Assembly: GCA_947494115.1 (NCBI GenBank)
Contig: CANLTT010000002.1
Coordinates: forward strand, 1-58,786
DNA from: Candidatus Caenarcanales bacterium
GTDB taxonomy: Bacteria; Cyanobacteriota; Vampirovibrionia; Caenarcaniphilales; Caenarcanaceae
Direction: 5' to 3'
DNA length: 58,786 bases
The number at the start of each line of letters is the position of its first letter. The stretch's first letter is position 1. Of this stretch, positions 19,093 through 28,601 are shown in pieces. The notes under the pieces were generated by a model that had not been told where the DNA came from, ran no database searches, and was given only the letters and a program-made list of their open reading frames with translations. The position numbers were made by a program, and so were the translations under genes.

Positions 19093-20902
19093 TGGTGTTT
19101 TTCCGATAAGAGAATTGCCTAAATCCTACTTTATCATCAAAGAATACTGTAAATCCACAATTAAATTGTCTACGCACTGGATCATAACTAAGTAAAAGCT
19201 TAAAATCTTCAGGACCAACTACTAAGCGAGCTTGTTGGGCAACCCAGTTTTTACGGGTAAAACTATAAACACCAAAGCCACCAACACTAAGCCAATGAGT
19301 AAGATTTAAATCTCCATTTAGATAAGTACTTTCTTGTCCTTGAATAACTTGGTCAAAGCCAAAAGGAGAACGCCCTTGATTGACTAATTGATCATAACCA
19401 ACTTCTAAATCAGCTAAACGATTTGCGTGAAGACGAATATTAGGGCCAAGTGAAGCAAAAGAATGAAAATTACCTGTTGTATAAGCTCTACCCACCGCAA
19501 AACCCCGAGCACGCAAACCAATATTATATTTTTCGGTTCCCATTTCGATAATTGGTTTTGTCGTAAAAGAAATAGATTCTTGCAAACGAAAACCACTTTT
19601 ATCTCGATTACTAGAAATATTATTGCCTAAAGAATCTCTCTGCAAGCGGCTTAATAAATTGTTTTCTTGATCCCGTAATTCTTGAGAATCGTTTATAAAA
19701 CTAATATCAGCCAGAACATTTAAACTATTACCTTCCAAAAAAGAACCAAGCAGAGGCACTTTTAAATTGCGCCTATCGTTTAATTGCAAAAATTGTTTGG
19801 TTATACCGCCACCTAAATAGCTATTCCAGCCATAGTTAAAGTCATTATATCTTGTAATATGAGAAGTTACTTCGGCTAAACCACGTTTTTTAGCGGAACC
19901 ATATGCAATTAGAGCATTGTTTCTAGGATCTGTATATTGCAACATTCCGCCAAGGCCACTAGAACTACCCATCTGAAAAAAAGGTGCCGCCGAAATAGCT
20001 CTTTTCTTTTTTGGATCGCCCAAAACTAAACTAATTTTAGGACCCAAATTAAAATCTCCCGCTCCTGTTCTAGGACTATTACCAATAACGGCTCCAAACA
20101 TTTGTTGTGAACTTTCACCCGCCGTAAAAATACCAAAAGGCAAAGGCAAAACCACAGGCACTTTTTTAAACTTTAGACTGCCACCATAAATATATAAATT
20201 ATTTTGAATACGGTCTGGATAATAGATTAATTTACGGGCTTGTAAAGTAAAGCTTTGACCGTTTTCTAAAATTTCTTCTGAGCTTTCTGCGAGGTTTTGC
20301 ATTAGCCTAAAAGAATTTATGCCATTTGGCTTAGCTCCTAGCCGTATAGGTTGTTTTAAATCAAAGGCACCATTAGTGTAGTTACCAGTACGAAAAGCTT
20401 TGCCCGATTTTAAAGATGCTTCTCTGGCTTCGATGGAGGCTAAAGCAATTTGGGATTTTACATTTCCAAGCAAAGCATTATTGTCTTTTAGGTCTAGGTC
20501 TAAGTCTTCAGAAAAAGTAACTTGGTCTTTTCCCGTAATCATGACATTGCCAAAAGCTTTTAGGCGGTCTTGCTTAGGTAAATATTCAATGCGGTCGGCG
20601 GCAAGTTTTGTGTCTTGTTTTTTTAGATATAAGATAGCCGCTCCTTCAATCACAAAAAACCCTGTCTCTGGGTCATAATCAACGCTATCACCTTCAAAAT
20701 AAGCTTCATCATCTTGGGCTTTTTTTAGTGAAATCTCCGAAAAATCTCGATTGTCTTTATCATTTTCTGGGGCGGCTGTTGAAAGATTGTTTTCAGTTTT
20801 GTCTTCATCTGAGACGGCCATAAGAGGAGTGCAACAAAAATTTAAGCAAAAAATTATGCCTAAAGAAAAATGTAAAGAAAGTTTTTGTCGAGAAAAAGTC
20901 AA
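19070..20902 (-). CDS. LptD/OstA-like outer-membrane protein
   Basis: Signal peptide. OstA_N-like segment (GDSVDYDPETG..IEGAAILY....LAADRIEY......AFGNVMITG). A long beta-rich C-terminal region ends in an aromatic residue (…KRRF), as in OMP barrels. Confidence 0.65.
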   Translation of the reverse strand: MTFSRQKLSLHFSLGIIFCLNFCCTPLMAVSDEDKTENNLSTAAPENDKDNRDFSEISLKKAQDDEAYFEGDSVDYDPETGFFVIEGAAILYLKKQDTKLAADRIEYLPKQDRLKAFGNVMITGKDQVTFSEDLDLDLKDNNALLGNVKSQIALASIEAREASLKSGKAFRTGNYTNGAFDLKQPIRLGAKPNGINSFRLMQNLAESSEEILENGQSFTLQARKLIYYPDRIQNNLYIYGGSLKFKKVPVVLPLPFGIFTAGESSQQMFGAVIGNSPRTGAGDFNLGPKISLVLGDPKKKRAISAAPFFQMGSSSGLGGMLQYTDPRNNALIAYGSAKKRGLAEVTSHITRYNDFNYGWNSYLGGGITKQFLQLNDRRNLKVPLLGSFLEGNSLNVLADISFINDSQELRDQENNLLSRLQRDSLGNNISSNRDKSGFRLQESISFTTKPIIEMGTEKYNIGLRARGFAVGRAYTTGNFHSFASLGPNIRLHANRLADLEVGYDQLVNQGRSPFGFDQVIQGQESTYLNGDLNLTHWLSVGGFGVYSFTRKNWVAQQARLVVGPEDFKLLLSYDPVRRQFNCGFTVFFDDKVGFRQFSYRKNTSGKKRRF

Positions 20903-21011
20903 TTTTAAAAACGTATTTTAACAACTAAAGAAGAGAATTAGAAATTGTACCTTCAAATTCTAGAAAAGACAATTGTCGCTCTCAGAGCAAACGTGCATAA
21001 GAATGCTTAAC

Positions 21012-21587
21012 TCAAAGATTTATTAATTTTCCTAAATAAAAATTATAGGTCTCTACTGTTATGGGATGAAGCAAAAAGCCTTTTTCGGCAACTTCTTTAA
21101 TTGTAATTTGACAACTTTTAACAATGGCCGAGGTTAAACCTCTTTCTTTTAATTCCAATCTAATTGGCTCCGCCCACTCCATCGGACGATTAGGCTCAAT
21201 CGCATCGGCTAAAAATAATATTTGCTCAAGCAAGCTCATATTTGCTTTGCCAAGTGTGTGTTGGGCTATGGCACTTAAAATTTCGCTATCTTTTATATTA
21301 AACTGTTCACGGGCAATACAAGCTCCTACTCTTGCGTGCAATAAATGCGGAGAAATTCTATCTATATTACTAATCACAATACAAAATTTTCGGGCTGATT
21401 CTAAAAGTTGTACGGCTTTATATTCTTTAGCAATATCATGCAATAAGCCAGCCAGTTCAGCTTTTAGAGGATCAGCTCCTAATTTAATCGCCAATTCACG
21501 GGCAGTTTGAGCAACACCTAAAGTATGTTTAAAACGATTAGGAGAAAGAATAAAAGAAACTTTTTCTTGAATTTTTGAAATATCCAT
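21012..21587 (-). CDS. yqeK: HD-domain phosphohydrolase, YqeK type (Ap4A hydrolase family)
   Basis: 'RFKHTLGVAQTARELA....AELAGLLHDIAK' and 191 aa. Confidence 0.8.
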   Translation of the reverse strand: MDISKIQEKVSFILSPNRFKHTLGVAQTARELAIKLGADPLKAELAGLLHDIAKEYKAVQLLESARKFCIVISNIDRISPHLLHARVGACIAREQFNIKDSEILSAIAQHTLGKANMSLLEQILFLADAIEPNRPMEWAEPIRLELKERGLTSAIVKSCQITIKEVAEKGFLLHPITVETYNFYLGKLINL

Positions 21588-21624
21588 AATTAAAAGCCAT
21601 TATAAACATAAAATCTTTGGTTTT

Positions 21625-22062
21625 TTAAAGCAGATTTTTTGACATTTTAGAATGAATTAAATCTAGCTCTAGAAAAGGCTCACCAAACTTTTGATAATTT
21701 AATTTTGTATAAAACTCAAAAGCTGATTCTCTGGCATAAAGTATTATTTGAGCAAAGCCACTTTGTTGAAGATAGTTTTCGCTAAATTGCATTAAAGCTT
21801 TGCCAATGCCTTTTCCTTGCAAACCTTCATCAACAGCAACATGACGAATACGTGCAACATTATGATCCAAAGGCATAATCAAAAGACAAGCCACCAATTT
21901 TTGCTTTAAATAAGCCGCCACAAATTTATAATCTTTTTCGGCTTTCAGTTGTTCTGGGCTGTAATCAAGGCCAAGCGGTTTGCGCAAAATTTTTCGTCGC
22001 AGTTCAATTAGCTCTTTATAAGCAGAAGAATTATATTCAACAAAACAAAATTCTAAATTCAT
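21625..22062 (-). CDS. GNAT-family N-acetyltransferase
   Basis: Acetyl-CoA binding motif 'VAVDEGLQGKGIGKALM' and 145 aa. Confidence 0.85.
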   Translation of the reverse strand: MNLEFCFVEYNSSAYKELIELRRKILRKPLGLDYSPEQLKAEKDYKFVAAYLKQKLVACLLIMPLDHNVARIRHVAVDEGLQGKGIGKALMQFSENYLQQSGFAQIILYARESAFEFYTKLNYQKFGEPFLELDLIHSKMSKNLL

Positions 22063-22216
22063 AATTGGTTTAATTCTTTCTGTGCGCCAAGTTCTATTAT
22101 AAGGCTTTCAGCAGATGGGCGTTTTTGCATTGTTTGAATTTATTTTTAATATTGCCCTAGCATAGAAAGTCTAAAAATTTTATAGTAGTATCTTCTGAGT
22201 TTAGTTAAGTCTTCTA

Positions 22217-23959
22217 TTGCCCAAATTACAAAATAATTTTTTTCTGATTAAGCAAATTTTGCCTTTCTTTCGCCCATTTAGAAAGCAAATTATTGGTATT
22301 TTATTATTTGTGCCTTTTATTGCTTTTCTGCAAGGAGCACAACCTTATTTACTCAAAAAAACTGTTGATGAATACGCTCATTCTAACCTTAATCATGCTT
22401 GGCCACAGTTATTAGGAATTACTTTAATTGTTTTAATTATTTTAAGAATTTGGCAAAATATTATCGTGCAGGCAATTGGTCAAAAGCTGGTTTCAGACAT
22501 CAGAGAGCAACTTTTTAGGCATTTGCAAAATTTATCAATTGACTTTTTTGAAAAAAACCAAACAGGAAAGCTTTTAACACGTTTAACAAATGATATTGAA
22601 GCTTTGAGCGAAATGTTTGCTTCTGGCTTGGTTGGTGGCGCAAATGACTTATTTTCTTTAATTGGAATTGCTACTTTTATGCTGTTTTTAGAACCTAAAT
22701 TTACTTTGGCTCAATTGGCTTTGATTCCAGTTTTATTATTGCTGACCAATCTTTTTGAAAAATTTTATCGTGAAGCCAATGCCGCCTCTAGAAAAGAATT
22801 AGCTCAAATTAATAGTTTATTTCAAGAAAGTTTATTGGGTTTAATGATTATAAAAATTTTCAATCGGAGCGGCTTTTTAAAAGAGCGATTTGCGCAAACC
22901 AGCGATAATTATATAAAGGCAACCAATAATTCAATTACGGCTGATTCGGCTTATTCGGCTTTAATTGAGTTGATTGGAATTTTAGGAATTATTTTGGTTA
23001 TTGTCGTGGCCGCTTTTATTCTGAATGAAACCACAATTGGAAACTTGGTGGCTTTTGTTAATTATTCGCAAATGCTCTTTGGACCTATTCGTTCTTTAAG
23101 CGAGAAATTTTCAACTTTTCAGTCTGGTTTTACAGCGGCCGAACGCATAGTTTCTGTGCTTGAAGAAAAACCTTCGGTGCAAATCGAAAATGCTGATTTA
23201 GAGCACACTGAAAGCAATATTAAGCAATTTGATTTAGAAATGAAAAATGTTTCTTTTAAATATAATTTGCAGGCCGAACAAAATGTTTTAAGTAATATTT
23301 CTTTTAAGTTACCCGCAGGCGAAAGCTTGGGAATTGTTGGCCAAACTGGCTCTGGGAAAAGCACTTTAATTAAACTTTTATGCCGCTTTTACGATCCAGT
23401 TTCAGGTGAAATTTTAATTGGCGGTCAAAACCTTAGACAAATTAATCCAAGCGAATTGCGCAAAGAAATGCTCATGATTCCCCAGCGTAGCTTTTTATTT
23501 AGCGGTTCTATTTATGATAATTTGGTTTTAGATAAAAAAATTGCGCCTGCTTTGGTGGAGAAAATCGCCGAAGAAATTGGCTTATTTGAAGCAATTAATA
23601 ATTTACCAAACGGTTTACAAGCGCAATTAAACGAGCGAGGCCTAGATTTATCGAGTGGACAAAAACAATTAATTTCGCTAACACGGGCTTTAGTACAAGA
23701 ACCACAAATTTTAATTTTAGACGAAGCCACGGCAAGCCTAGATCCTTACACGGAAGGCTTGGTTACAAATGCAATCAAAAAAATTCTCAATAGCGGCAAA
23801 ACGGTTATTTTTATTGCTCACCGCATGAACCTTGTCGCCGAATGTAAGCAAATTATGGTTTTACAAAATGGCATAATTAAAGAATTGGGCATACACAATG
23901 AGCTTATGAATCAAAATGGTTATTATGCGCATTTGGTGAGTTTAAGCACTTTAATTTAA
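22217..23959 (+). CDS. ABC exporter, fused permease/ATPase (multidrug-type)
   Basis: TM half followed by Walker A 'GQTGSGKST', signature 'LSSGQKQL' and Walker B 'ILILDEATA'. TTG start as in the ORF track. Confidence 0.85.
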   Translation: MPKLQNNFFLIKQILPFFRPFRKQIIGILLFVPFIAFLQGAQPYLLKKTVDEYAHSNLNHAWPQLLGITLIVLIILRIWQNIIVQAIGQKLVSDIREQLFRHLQNLSIDFFEKNQTGKLLTRLTNDIEALSEMFASGLVGGANDLFSLIGIATFMLFLEPKFTLAQLALIPVLLLLTNLFEKFYREANAASRKELAQINSLFQESLLGLMIIKIFNRSGFLKERFAQTSDNYIKATNNSITADSAYSALIELIGILGIILVIVVAAFILNETTIGNLVAFVNYSQMLFGPIRSLSEKFSTFQSGFTAAERIVSVLEEKPSVQIENADLEHTESNIKQFDLEMKNVSFKYNLQAEQNVLSNISFKLPAGESLGIVGQTGSGKSTLIKLLCRFYDPVSGEILIGGQNLRQINPSELRKEMLMIPQRSFLFSGSIYDNLVLDKKIAPALVEKIAEEIGLFEAINNLPNGLQAQLNERGLDLSSGQKQLISLTRALVQEPQILILDEATASLDPYTEGLVTNAIKKILNSGKTVIFIAHRMNLVAECKQIMVLQNGIIKELGIHNELMNQNGYYAHLVSLSTLI

Positions 23960-23964
23960 AAAAA

Positions 23965-23992
23965 ACGCTAGCCCGAGATATTTGGCTAGCGT
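23965..23992. terminator. 9-bp perfect hairpin just after the ABC gene stop. The A-run is upstream, so the U-tract exists only on the minus strand
   Basis: ACGCTAGCC (23965-23973) with GGCTAGCGT (23984-23992), preceded by AAAAAAA. This is a weak terminator call on the plus strand. Confidence 0.35.
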
Positions 23993-24210
23993 ATAATAGT
24001 AAGCATTAACAATCTATCTAGAAAACAGAGTGAACCTCTTTAACAGAGGCAAGTGAGTGATTCACCTAAAATTCATTCTAACTCTTTGCCTAAAAAAATA
24101 CCAAAAACCAATTATAACAATTTGAAATGTATTACTATATAGCAATTCCTGATTTTGTCATAACCTAAAAGACAAGAAGCAAAAAAATAAGCTAAAATGC
24201 CGAAATAAAT

Positions 24211-24585
24211 TTGTTGTTTGTTTACAAGAATTTAATGAGAAATATCTTTCAGGTTTTAATTTTGTGTTTTGGCTGTTTAAACGCTTTGGCCGCAGAAGAT
24301 ACTTTAATTGCAATGTGTTATGGCCCTGGCTTATATGGCAATAAAACGGCAAATGGACAAGTTCTAACACGACAAACCACAGGAGCCGCTCACCGCAGAT
24401 GGCCTTTGGGCAGTGATTTGAACCTAAAATGCAATGGTAAAAATGTTAATATCAAAATAATTGACCGTGGACCTTATAGCCGTATTGGCTCTTTAGATTT
24501 AACGGAAGCCACCGTCAGAAATTTAGGTTATGCTAATTGCTCTCATTTTGGCGTACGCCGAGTAGTGGTTCAAAAGCTTCATTAG
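24211..24585 (+). CDS. RlpA-like double-psi beta-barrel (DPBB) lipoprotein/lytic transglycosylase-family protein
   Basis: 'YGPGLYGNKTANGQVL......AAHRRWPLGS.L.......VNIKIIDRGPY...GSLDLTEA'. A more likely start is the ATG at 24235 (MRNIFQVLILCFGCLNALAAED signal peptide). The TAG stop is the first 3 nt of MITE copy 3. Confidence 0.8.
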   Translation: MLFVYKNLMRNIFQVLILCFGCLNALAAEDTLIAMCYGPGLYGNKTANGQVLTRQTTGAAHRRWPLGSDLNLKCNGKNVNIKIIDRGPYSRIGSLDLTEATVRNLGYANCSHFGVRRVVVQKLH

Positions 24586-24770
24586 ACCTCTTGCGAAATA
24601 AATTATAAAAACGTGAAACACCTCATTAAGAGAGGACTTTTTTATAGAATTTCACAAAGTGTACTCCCCCCGCCCTCTTAACAGAGGGAGCTAGCGGTTT
24701 CCAGAAGAAATAAAAACTCCCCTCTCTGCTTGTGGAGAGGGGTTGGGGGTGAGGCTGTATTATTTTGCAA
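24583..24770 (-). mobile_element. MITE-like repeat, copy 3 (long form, orientation B)
   Basis: Same sequence as copy 2 plus a 48-nt internal insert. The right TIR is cut after TTTTGCAA and followed by a 14-nt repeat of the left flank. Confidence 0.85.
24630..24677. repeat. 48-nt nested insert inside MITE copy 3, flanked by TTAA (24626-24629 and 24678-24681)
   Basis: Absent from copies 1 and 2, where the site is TTAA/TCAA. The reverse complement is present in copy 4 (28701-28747). The ends form short inverted repeats (GAGAGGAC... and ...GCCCTC). Confidence 0.8.
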
Positions 24771-24799
24771 AAGCTTCATTAATTATTTTTTCAGCTTGC

Positions 24800-25306
24800 T
24801 TAGCTTTTGCGGCTTAAACTGGAATTGATATTTTGAATAATCTCCGAAAAATTAGCCTCTGGTAGCCACTCTGCACGCACGGCTTCATCTTCTAATCGAA
24901 TGCCAGCAAAAACCACTTTGTCCGAATCGGTTGAAGGATTAGCGGTAATGGTGATTAAACCAGCTAATTGGGTTTCGGTTAAGGCCTTTAGTTTTAGCAA
25001 TAAGCCCTTATAAAAGGTTGTATCAAGGCCAGTTCTGATTATATATTTGTCGCTACCAGCCTTAAGATGAATATCAAGTTTGTTTTTGGCTTCCACCTTT
25101 TTGCCAGCTTTTACTTCAACTTCTTTTAATTCGAGCTTTTCTAGTTTGCCAGTTAGAGCTTTTTGGGAAATATATTTTTTGGCAGTTTGTCCATTTTCAC
25201 CCTCGGCAAGCGTATACCAAGGAAATCTACCTTCGGGTGTGCTTTCATTGCTGATAAACAAATAAATGGGCGTTTCAATATCGTGCAAACCTAAAGTTTT
25301 ATTCAT
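24800..25306 (-). CDS. Hypothetical protein, 168 aa, no recognisable motif
   Basis: Clean ORF in the gap between MITE copy 3 and prlC, with non-repetitive composition. Confidence 0.5.
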   Translation of the reverse strand: MNKTLGLHDIETPIYLFISNESTPEGRFPWYTLAEGENGQTAKKYISQKALTGKLEKLELKEVEVKAGKKVEAKNKLDIHLKAGSDKYIIRTGLDTTFYKGLLLKLKALTETQLAGLITITANPSTDSDKVVFAGIRLEDEAVRAEWLPEANFSEIIQNINSSLSRKS

Positions 25307-25392
25307 CTCAAGAAAAGGTAAGTACTTTCATTTTACTTTATTTAAAAATAAATAGGTATTTTTTGAGAAATCAGTAAAAGCCTAAAAGCAAA

Positions 25393-27405
25393 TTATTTTG
25401 CAATTAAACCACTATGTCTGAGTAAAGCCTCGGTCTGCGGTTCTCGGTTTCTAAACTTTTTAAAAACCACCAAAGGATGTTCGCTACCACCTAAGGCCAA
25501 AACCGTATTTTTGAACAATTCACCCTTGAGAGCTATGGCTTTTTCATTTTCTAAACCAGCTTCTTCAAAGGCCGCAAAAGCGTCTGCACTTAAAATCTCG
25601 GCCCATTTATAGCTATAATAGCCAGCTGAATAACCACCAGCAAAAATATGGCTAAATGAGCATAAAAAAGCATCCTCTGGTAAAGGTTGTATTAAAAGCG
25701 TATTTTCTCCAATTGCTCGGCGTACACTTTCTGGGTCTTTGACTTCGCCATTATGAAGCTCTAAGTCAAGCAGGCTAAAATGTAATTGGCGTAAAATACC
25801 GCTACCGCTCATAAAATTTTTAGAAGCCAGTAATTTTTTATAAAGTTCTTGTGGTAATGATTCGCCTGTTTGATAATGCTTGGCCATGTTTTTGAGAGTT
25901 TTTTCTTCATAACACCAATTTTCCATAAACTGGCTTGGTAGCTCCACAGCGTCCCATTCAATATTATTAATGCCAGCGGCATCTGAATAATCTATTTGTG
26001 TAAGCATATGTTGCAATCCATGCCCAAATTCATGAAACAAAGTTTTAACTTCCATAAAAGTCATTAAGCTAGGCTTGTCTGCAACGGGTGGAGTCTGATT
26101 GCAAATTAAATAAGCGACTGGAAGCCTGATTCCATCGGGAGTTTTAGAACGTCCAATACAATCATCCATCCAAGCACCACCACGTTTTTCAGCTGGGCGA
26201 GTATAAGGATCAAGATAAAAATAAGCTATGGCTGTGCCCTGTTGATCATTTACCCTGAAAAATTGCACATCTTTATGCCAAACAGGAGCCTCGGCTGGAA
26301 TAATATTAATTTGAAAAAGTCTTTCCGCTAAAGAAAATAAGCTCTCTAAAACCTTTGGAAAAGCCAGATAAGGCCGCAATTCTTCCTCCGAAAAAGCAAA
26401 ATTAGTCTCTTTTAAACGCTCGGCCCAAAAAGCTAAATCCCAGTGTTGTAAATTAGGGTTTTGGGCAAAAGTTTTTAAAGTTTCTAATTCTTGGCTGGCC
26501 GCTTTATAACTAACTTTGCGTAATTCTTCAAGTTTTTCATAAATATTATTGAGGCTGGGAGCCATTTTGGTTTGCAAGCTCAGCTCGGCGTAATTGGCAA
26601 AACCTAATAATTTGGCTTTTTCATGGCGCAATTCTAAAATCTTTTTCAAAATTTCATGGTTGTCAAATTCACCACCACTGGCTCGAGTTATATTGGCTTT
26701 ATAAATCTGCTCACGCAAAGCGGCATTTTGGCTATATTGCATAAAAGGTATATAGTACGGCGAATCTAAGGTTATTTTCCAAGGAGCCGTATTATTTTCG
26801 CCTTGAGCCGCCAAGTTTAATAAGCTATTTGGTAATCCAGCAATTTCTTCGGGAGTATTTAATATTAGACTAAAGGCTTTGGTAGCGTCTAGAACATTAT
26901 TAGAAAACTTATTGCCTAATTCAGCCAATTCCATTTGAATTTGATTAAATCTTTCTCTTTGCGCTTTCTCAAGGCCAATTCCAGAAAGTTCAAAATCTTG
27001 AATAGAGGCGGTTATAATTCTTTTTTGAGCTGATTCAAAGTTTGCCCATTGAGAGCTAGCTTTGAGAGCCTTAAAATTATCATATAAACTTTCGCTTTGA
27101 CTGAGCTTATTATAAAATTGTACAATTTCGGGCTGTAGTTTTTCATATGATTGGCGCAAAGCTGGGCTATTCTGGACACCCATCAAATGGCTCACGGCTC
27201 CCCAAGCCCAAGCTAATTTTTCTTCTAATTTGTCTAAAGGTTCAACCAACTCTTCCCAAGATGGTTTTGCATTTTGTTCAAGTTGGCTTAAGTTTTGATA
27301 AGCTTCTTCTAAAATTAATTTAAGGGCTGGTTCAATATGTTCGGTTTTAATTTTGTCAAAAGCGGGCAAACCTTGGCCTATCAAAAGCGGATTTTCAGAA
27401 TTCAT
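25393..27405 (-). CDS. prlC: Oligopeptidase A (M3 family zinc metallopeptidase)
   Basis: 'HEFGHGLQH' HExxH in an M3-type context. 670 aa. Confidence 0.9.
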   Translation of the reverse strand: MNSENPLLIGQGLPAFDKIKTEHIEPALKLILEEAYQNLSQLEQNAKPSWEELVEPLDKLEEKLAWAWGAVSHLMGVQNSPALRQSYEKLQPEIVQFYNKLSQSESLYDNFKALKASSQWANFESAQKRIITASIQDFELSGIGLEKAQRERFNQIQMELAELGNKFSNNVLDATKAFSLILNTPEEIAGLPNSLLNLAAQGENNTAPWKITLDSPYYIPFMQYSQNAALREQIYKANITRASGGEFDNHEILKKILELRHEKAKLLGFANYAELSLQTKMAPSLNNIYEKLEELRKVSYKAASQELETLKTFAQNPNLQHWDLAFWAERLKETNFAFSEEELRPYLAFPKVLESLFSLAERLFQINIIPAEAPVWHKDVQFFRVNDQQGTAIAYFYLDPYTRPAEKRGGAWMDDCIGRSKTPDGIRLPVAYLICNQTPPVADKPSLMTFMEVKTLFHEFGHGLQHMLTQIDYSDAAGINNIEWDAVELPSQFMENWCYEEKTLKNMAKHYQTGESLPQELYKKLLASKNFMSGSGILRQLHFSLLDLELHNGEVKDPESVRRAIGENTLLIQPLPEDAFLCSFSHIFAGGYSAGYYSYKWAEILSADAFAAFEEAGLENEKAIALKGELFKNTVLALGGSEHPLVVFKKFRNREPQTEALLRHSGLIAK

Positions 27406-27462
27406 AAATTTTTAAATTATAGTAATGAACTTCGATTATACCTATAAACAAGGTCAAACAAT

Positions 27463-27675
27463 CAACACTATGGACAGTTTTTAAAATAACAAAATAAACA
27501 GGCTTTTCATGAGCAATAATGGACTGAATCGCAACAAGCTGTCAATCCGTCGTTTGGGGGCGGCACCCCGAGAGCGGGGTTTTAGGGGGCGGCGGCAAGC
27601 CCCCTAAGAACAAGCCACTTCAAATATAATCAATTTGTAAAATTAGAACATTTTTTAAAATTGTCCATAGTGTTG
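27463..27675. mobile_element. Second repeat family: 213-bp element with ~24-nt terminal inverted repeats and a GC-rich double-hairpin core
   Basis: The left end is CAACACTATGGACAGTTTTTAAAA. The right end is TTTTAAAATTGTCCATAGTGTTG. Core hairpins lie at 27565-27580 (ACCCCG/CGGGGT) and 27583-27606 (TAGGGGGC/GCCCCCTA). The right 69 bp recur at 37347-37415. Confidence 0.8.
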
Positions 27676-27691
27676 TAATACAACAAAACAT

Positions 27692-28495
27692 TTAAACTTT
27701 AGAGGCCGTAGATTTGGCTTTTAAAGCGGTGGCCGCTGAATCGAGTCGAGGAGTTGCTGTTTCAATAATTGGTGGTTTATTTGGTTTATGTGCTCCGATT
27801 AGATTATTACCAACAGAAAGAATAAAAGGAATTATTTTGGCGGTCAATCTTTCGGGTTGCGAATTCCATTTTAAAACTGACTGATTATGAGCTTGATTAC
27901 GCATATCATTTAACATTAAATCATTGTTTTTTTTCATTAATGCCGCTGGCGTGTTCAAGGCAAAATCGGATAGTTCTAGCTGAGATTTTGGACAAATTTT
28001 ATAAGCATCATGCTGAGCCGCCAAAGGCAAATCTTCACGTCGTCTAAGTTGAGAAGAAAAAATTTGTGAATTAAAACCAATTGGGTAAGTACGACACATA
28101 ATGGGTCTGTTTTCATAAACTGAACAGCGCGCATCTGTGGTACTACCGGGGTGTTTATCATGCTCTGGTAAATCGGCATTTATATTTGGCTCGGCTTTTT
28201 TTTCTTCACTCAAAAAGGTACATTTTAAAGTATTAGGAAAAAGCGTCGATTCATCTCTTTTTAAAGACAAAGAATACATAGAACCTTTTTTATCTTCATC
28301 ATCAAAAACAAAAGGATGAATGCCATGATTATTAACTAAATAATTTTCATTAAAAGGCATAGCCTCAAAACAAGTTCCTTGCACGGCTTTTTCCATGCCA
28401 ACAGCGGTTACTAAATCTAAAAAATCAAAAATAGTAATTACCAAACGATAAGTGCGGCAACACCCAGCATGACAGCTATCACAAATTGAACTCAT
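27692..28495 (-). CDS. YkgJ/UPF0153-family Cys-cluster (putative Fe-S/zinc) protein with a long C-terminal extension
   Basis: N-terminal 'CDSCHAGCCR' and later 'CSVYENRPIMCRTYP', the two signature Cys clusters of this family. Confidence 0.65.
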   Translation of the reverse strand: MSSICDSCHAGCCRTYRLVITIFDFLDLVTAVGMEKAVQGTCFEAMPFNENYLVNNHGIHPFVFDDEDKKGSMYSLSLKRDESTLFPNTLKCTFLSEEKKAEPNINADLPEHDKHPGSTTDARCSVYENRPIMCRTYPIGFNSQIFSSQLRRREDLPLAAQHDAYKICPKSQLELSDFALNTPAALMKKNNDLMLNDMRNQAHNQSVLKWNSQPERLTAKIIPFILSVGNNLIGAHKPNKPPIIETATPRLDSAATALKAKSTASKV

Positions 28496-28601
28496 TATAG
28501 GTCTCTATTTAAAGGAATATATATTTTTATTTCCCATTAAGTTCTTTTAAGTTTCAGTAATCGGTTAAATAGCCGATAGAAAAAATAAAATTAATTCAAT
28601 A

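Noticed and set aside
27509-27607. A 32-codon Arg-rich ORF (MSNNGLNRNKLSIRRLGAAPRERGFRGRRQAP*) inside the 213-bp element
   Set aside because: It is short, has no visible RBS, and its Arg/Gly content is the expected by-product of the GC-rich hairpins. I treat it as non-coding unless it is conserved in frame across copies.
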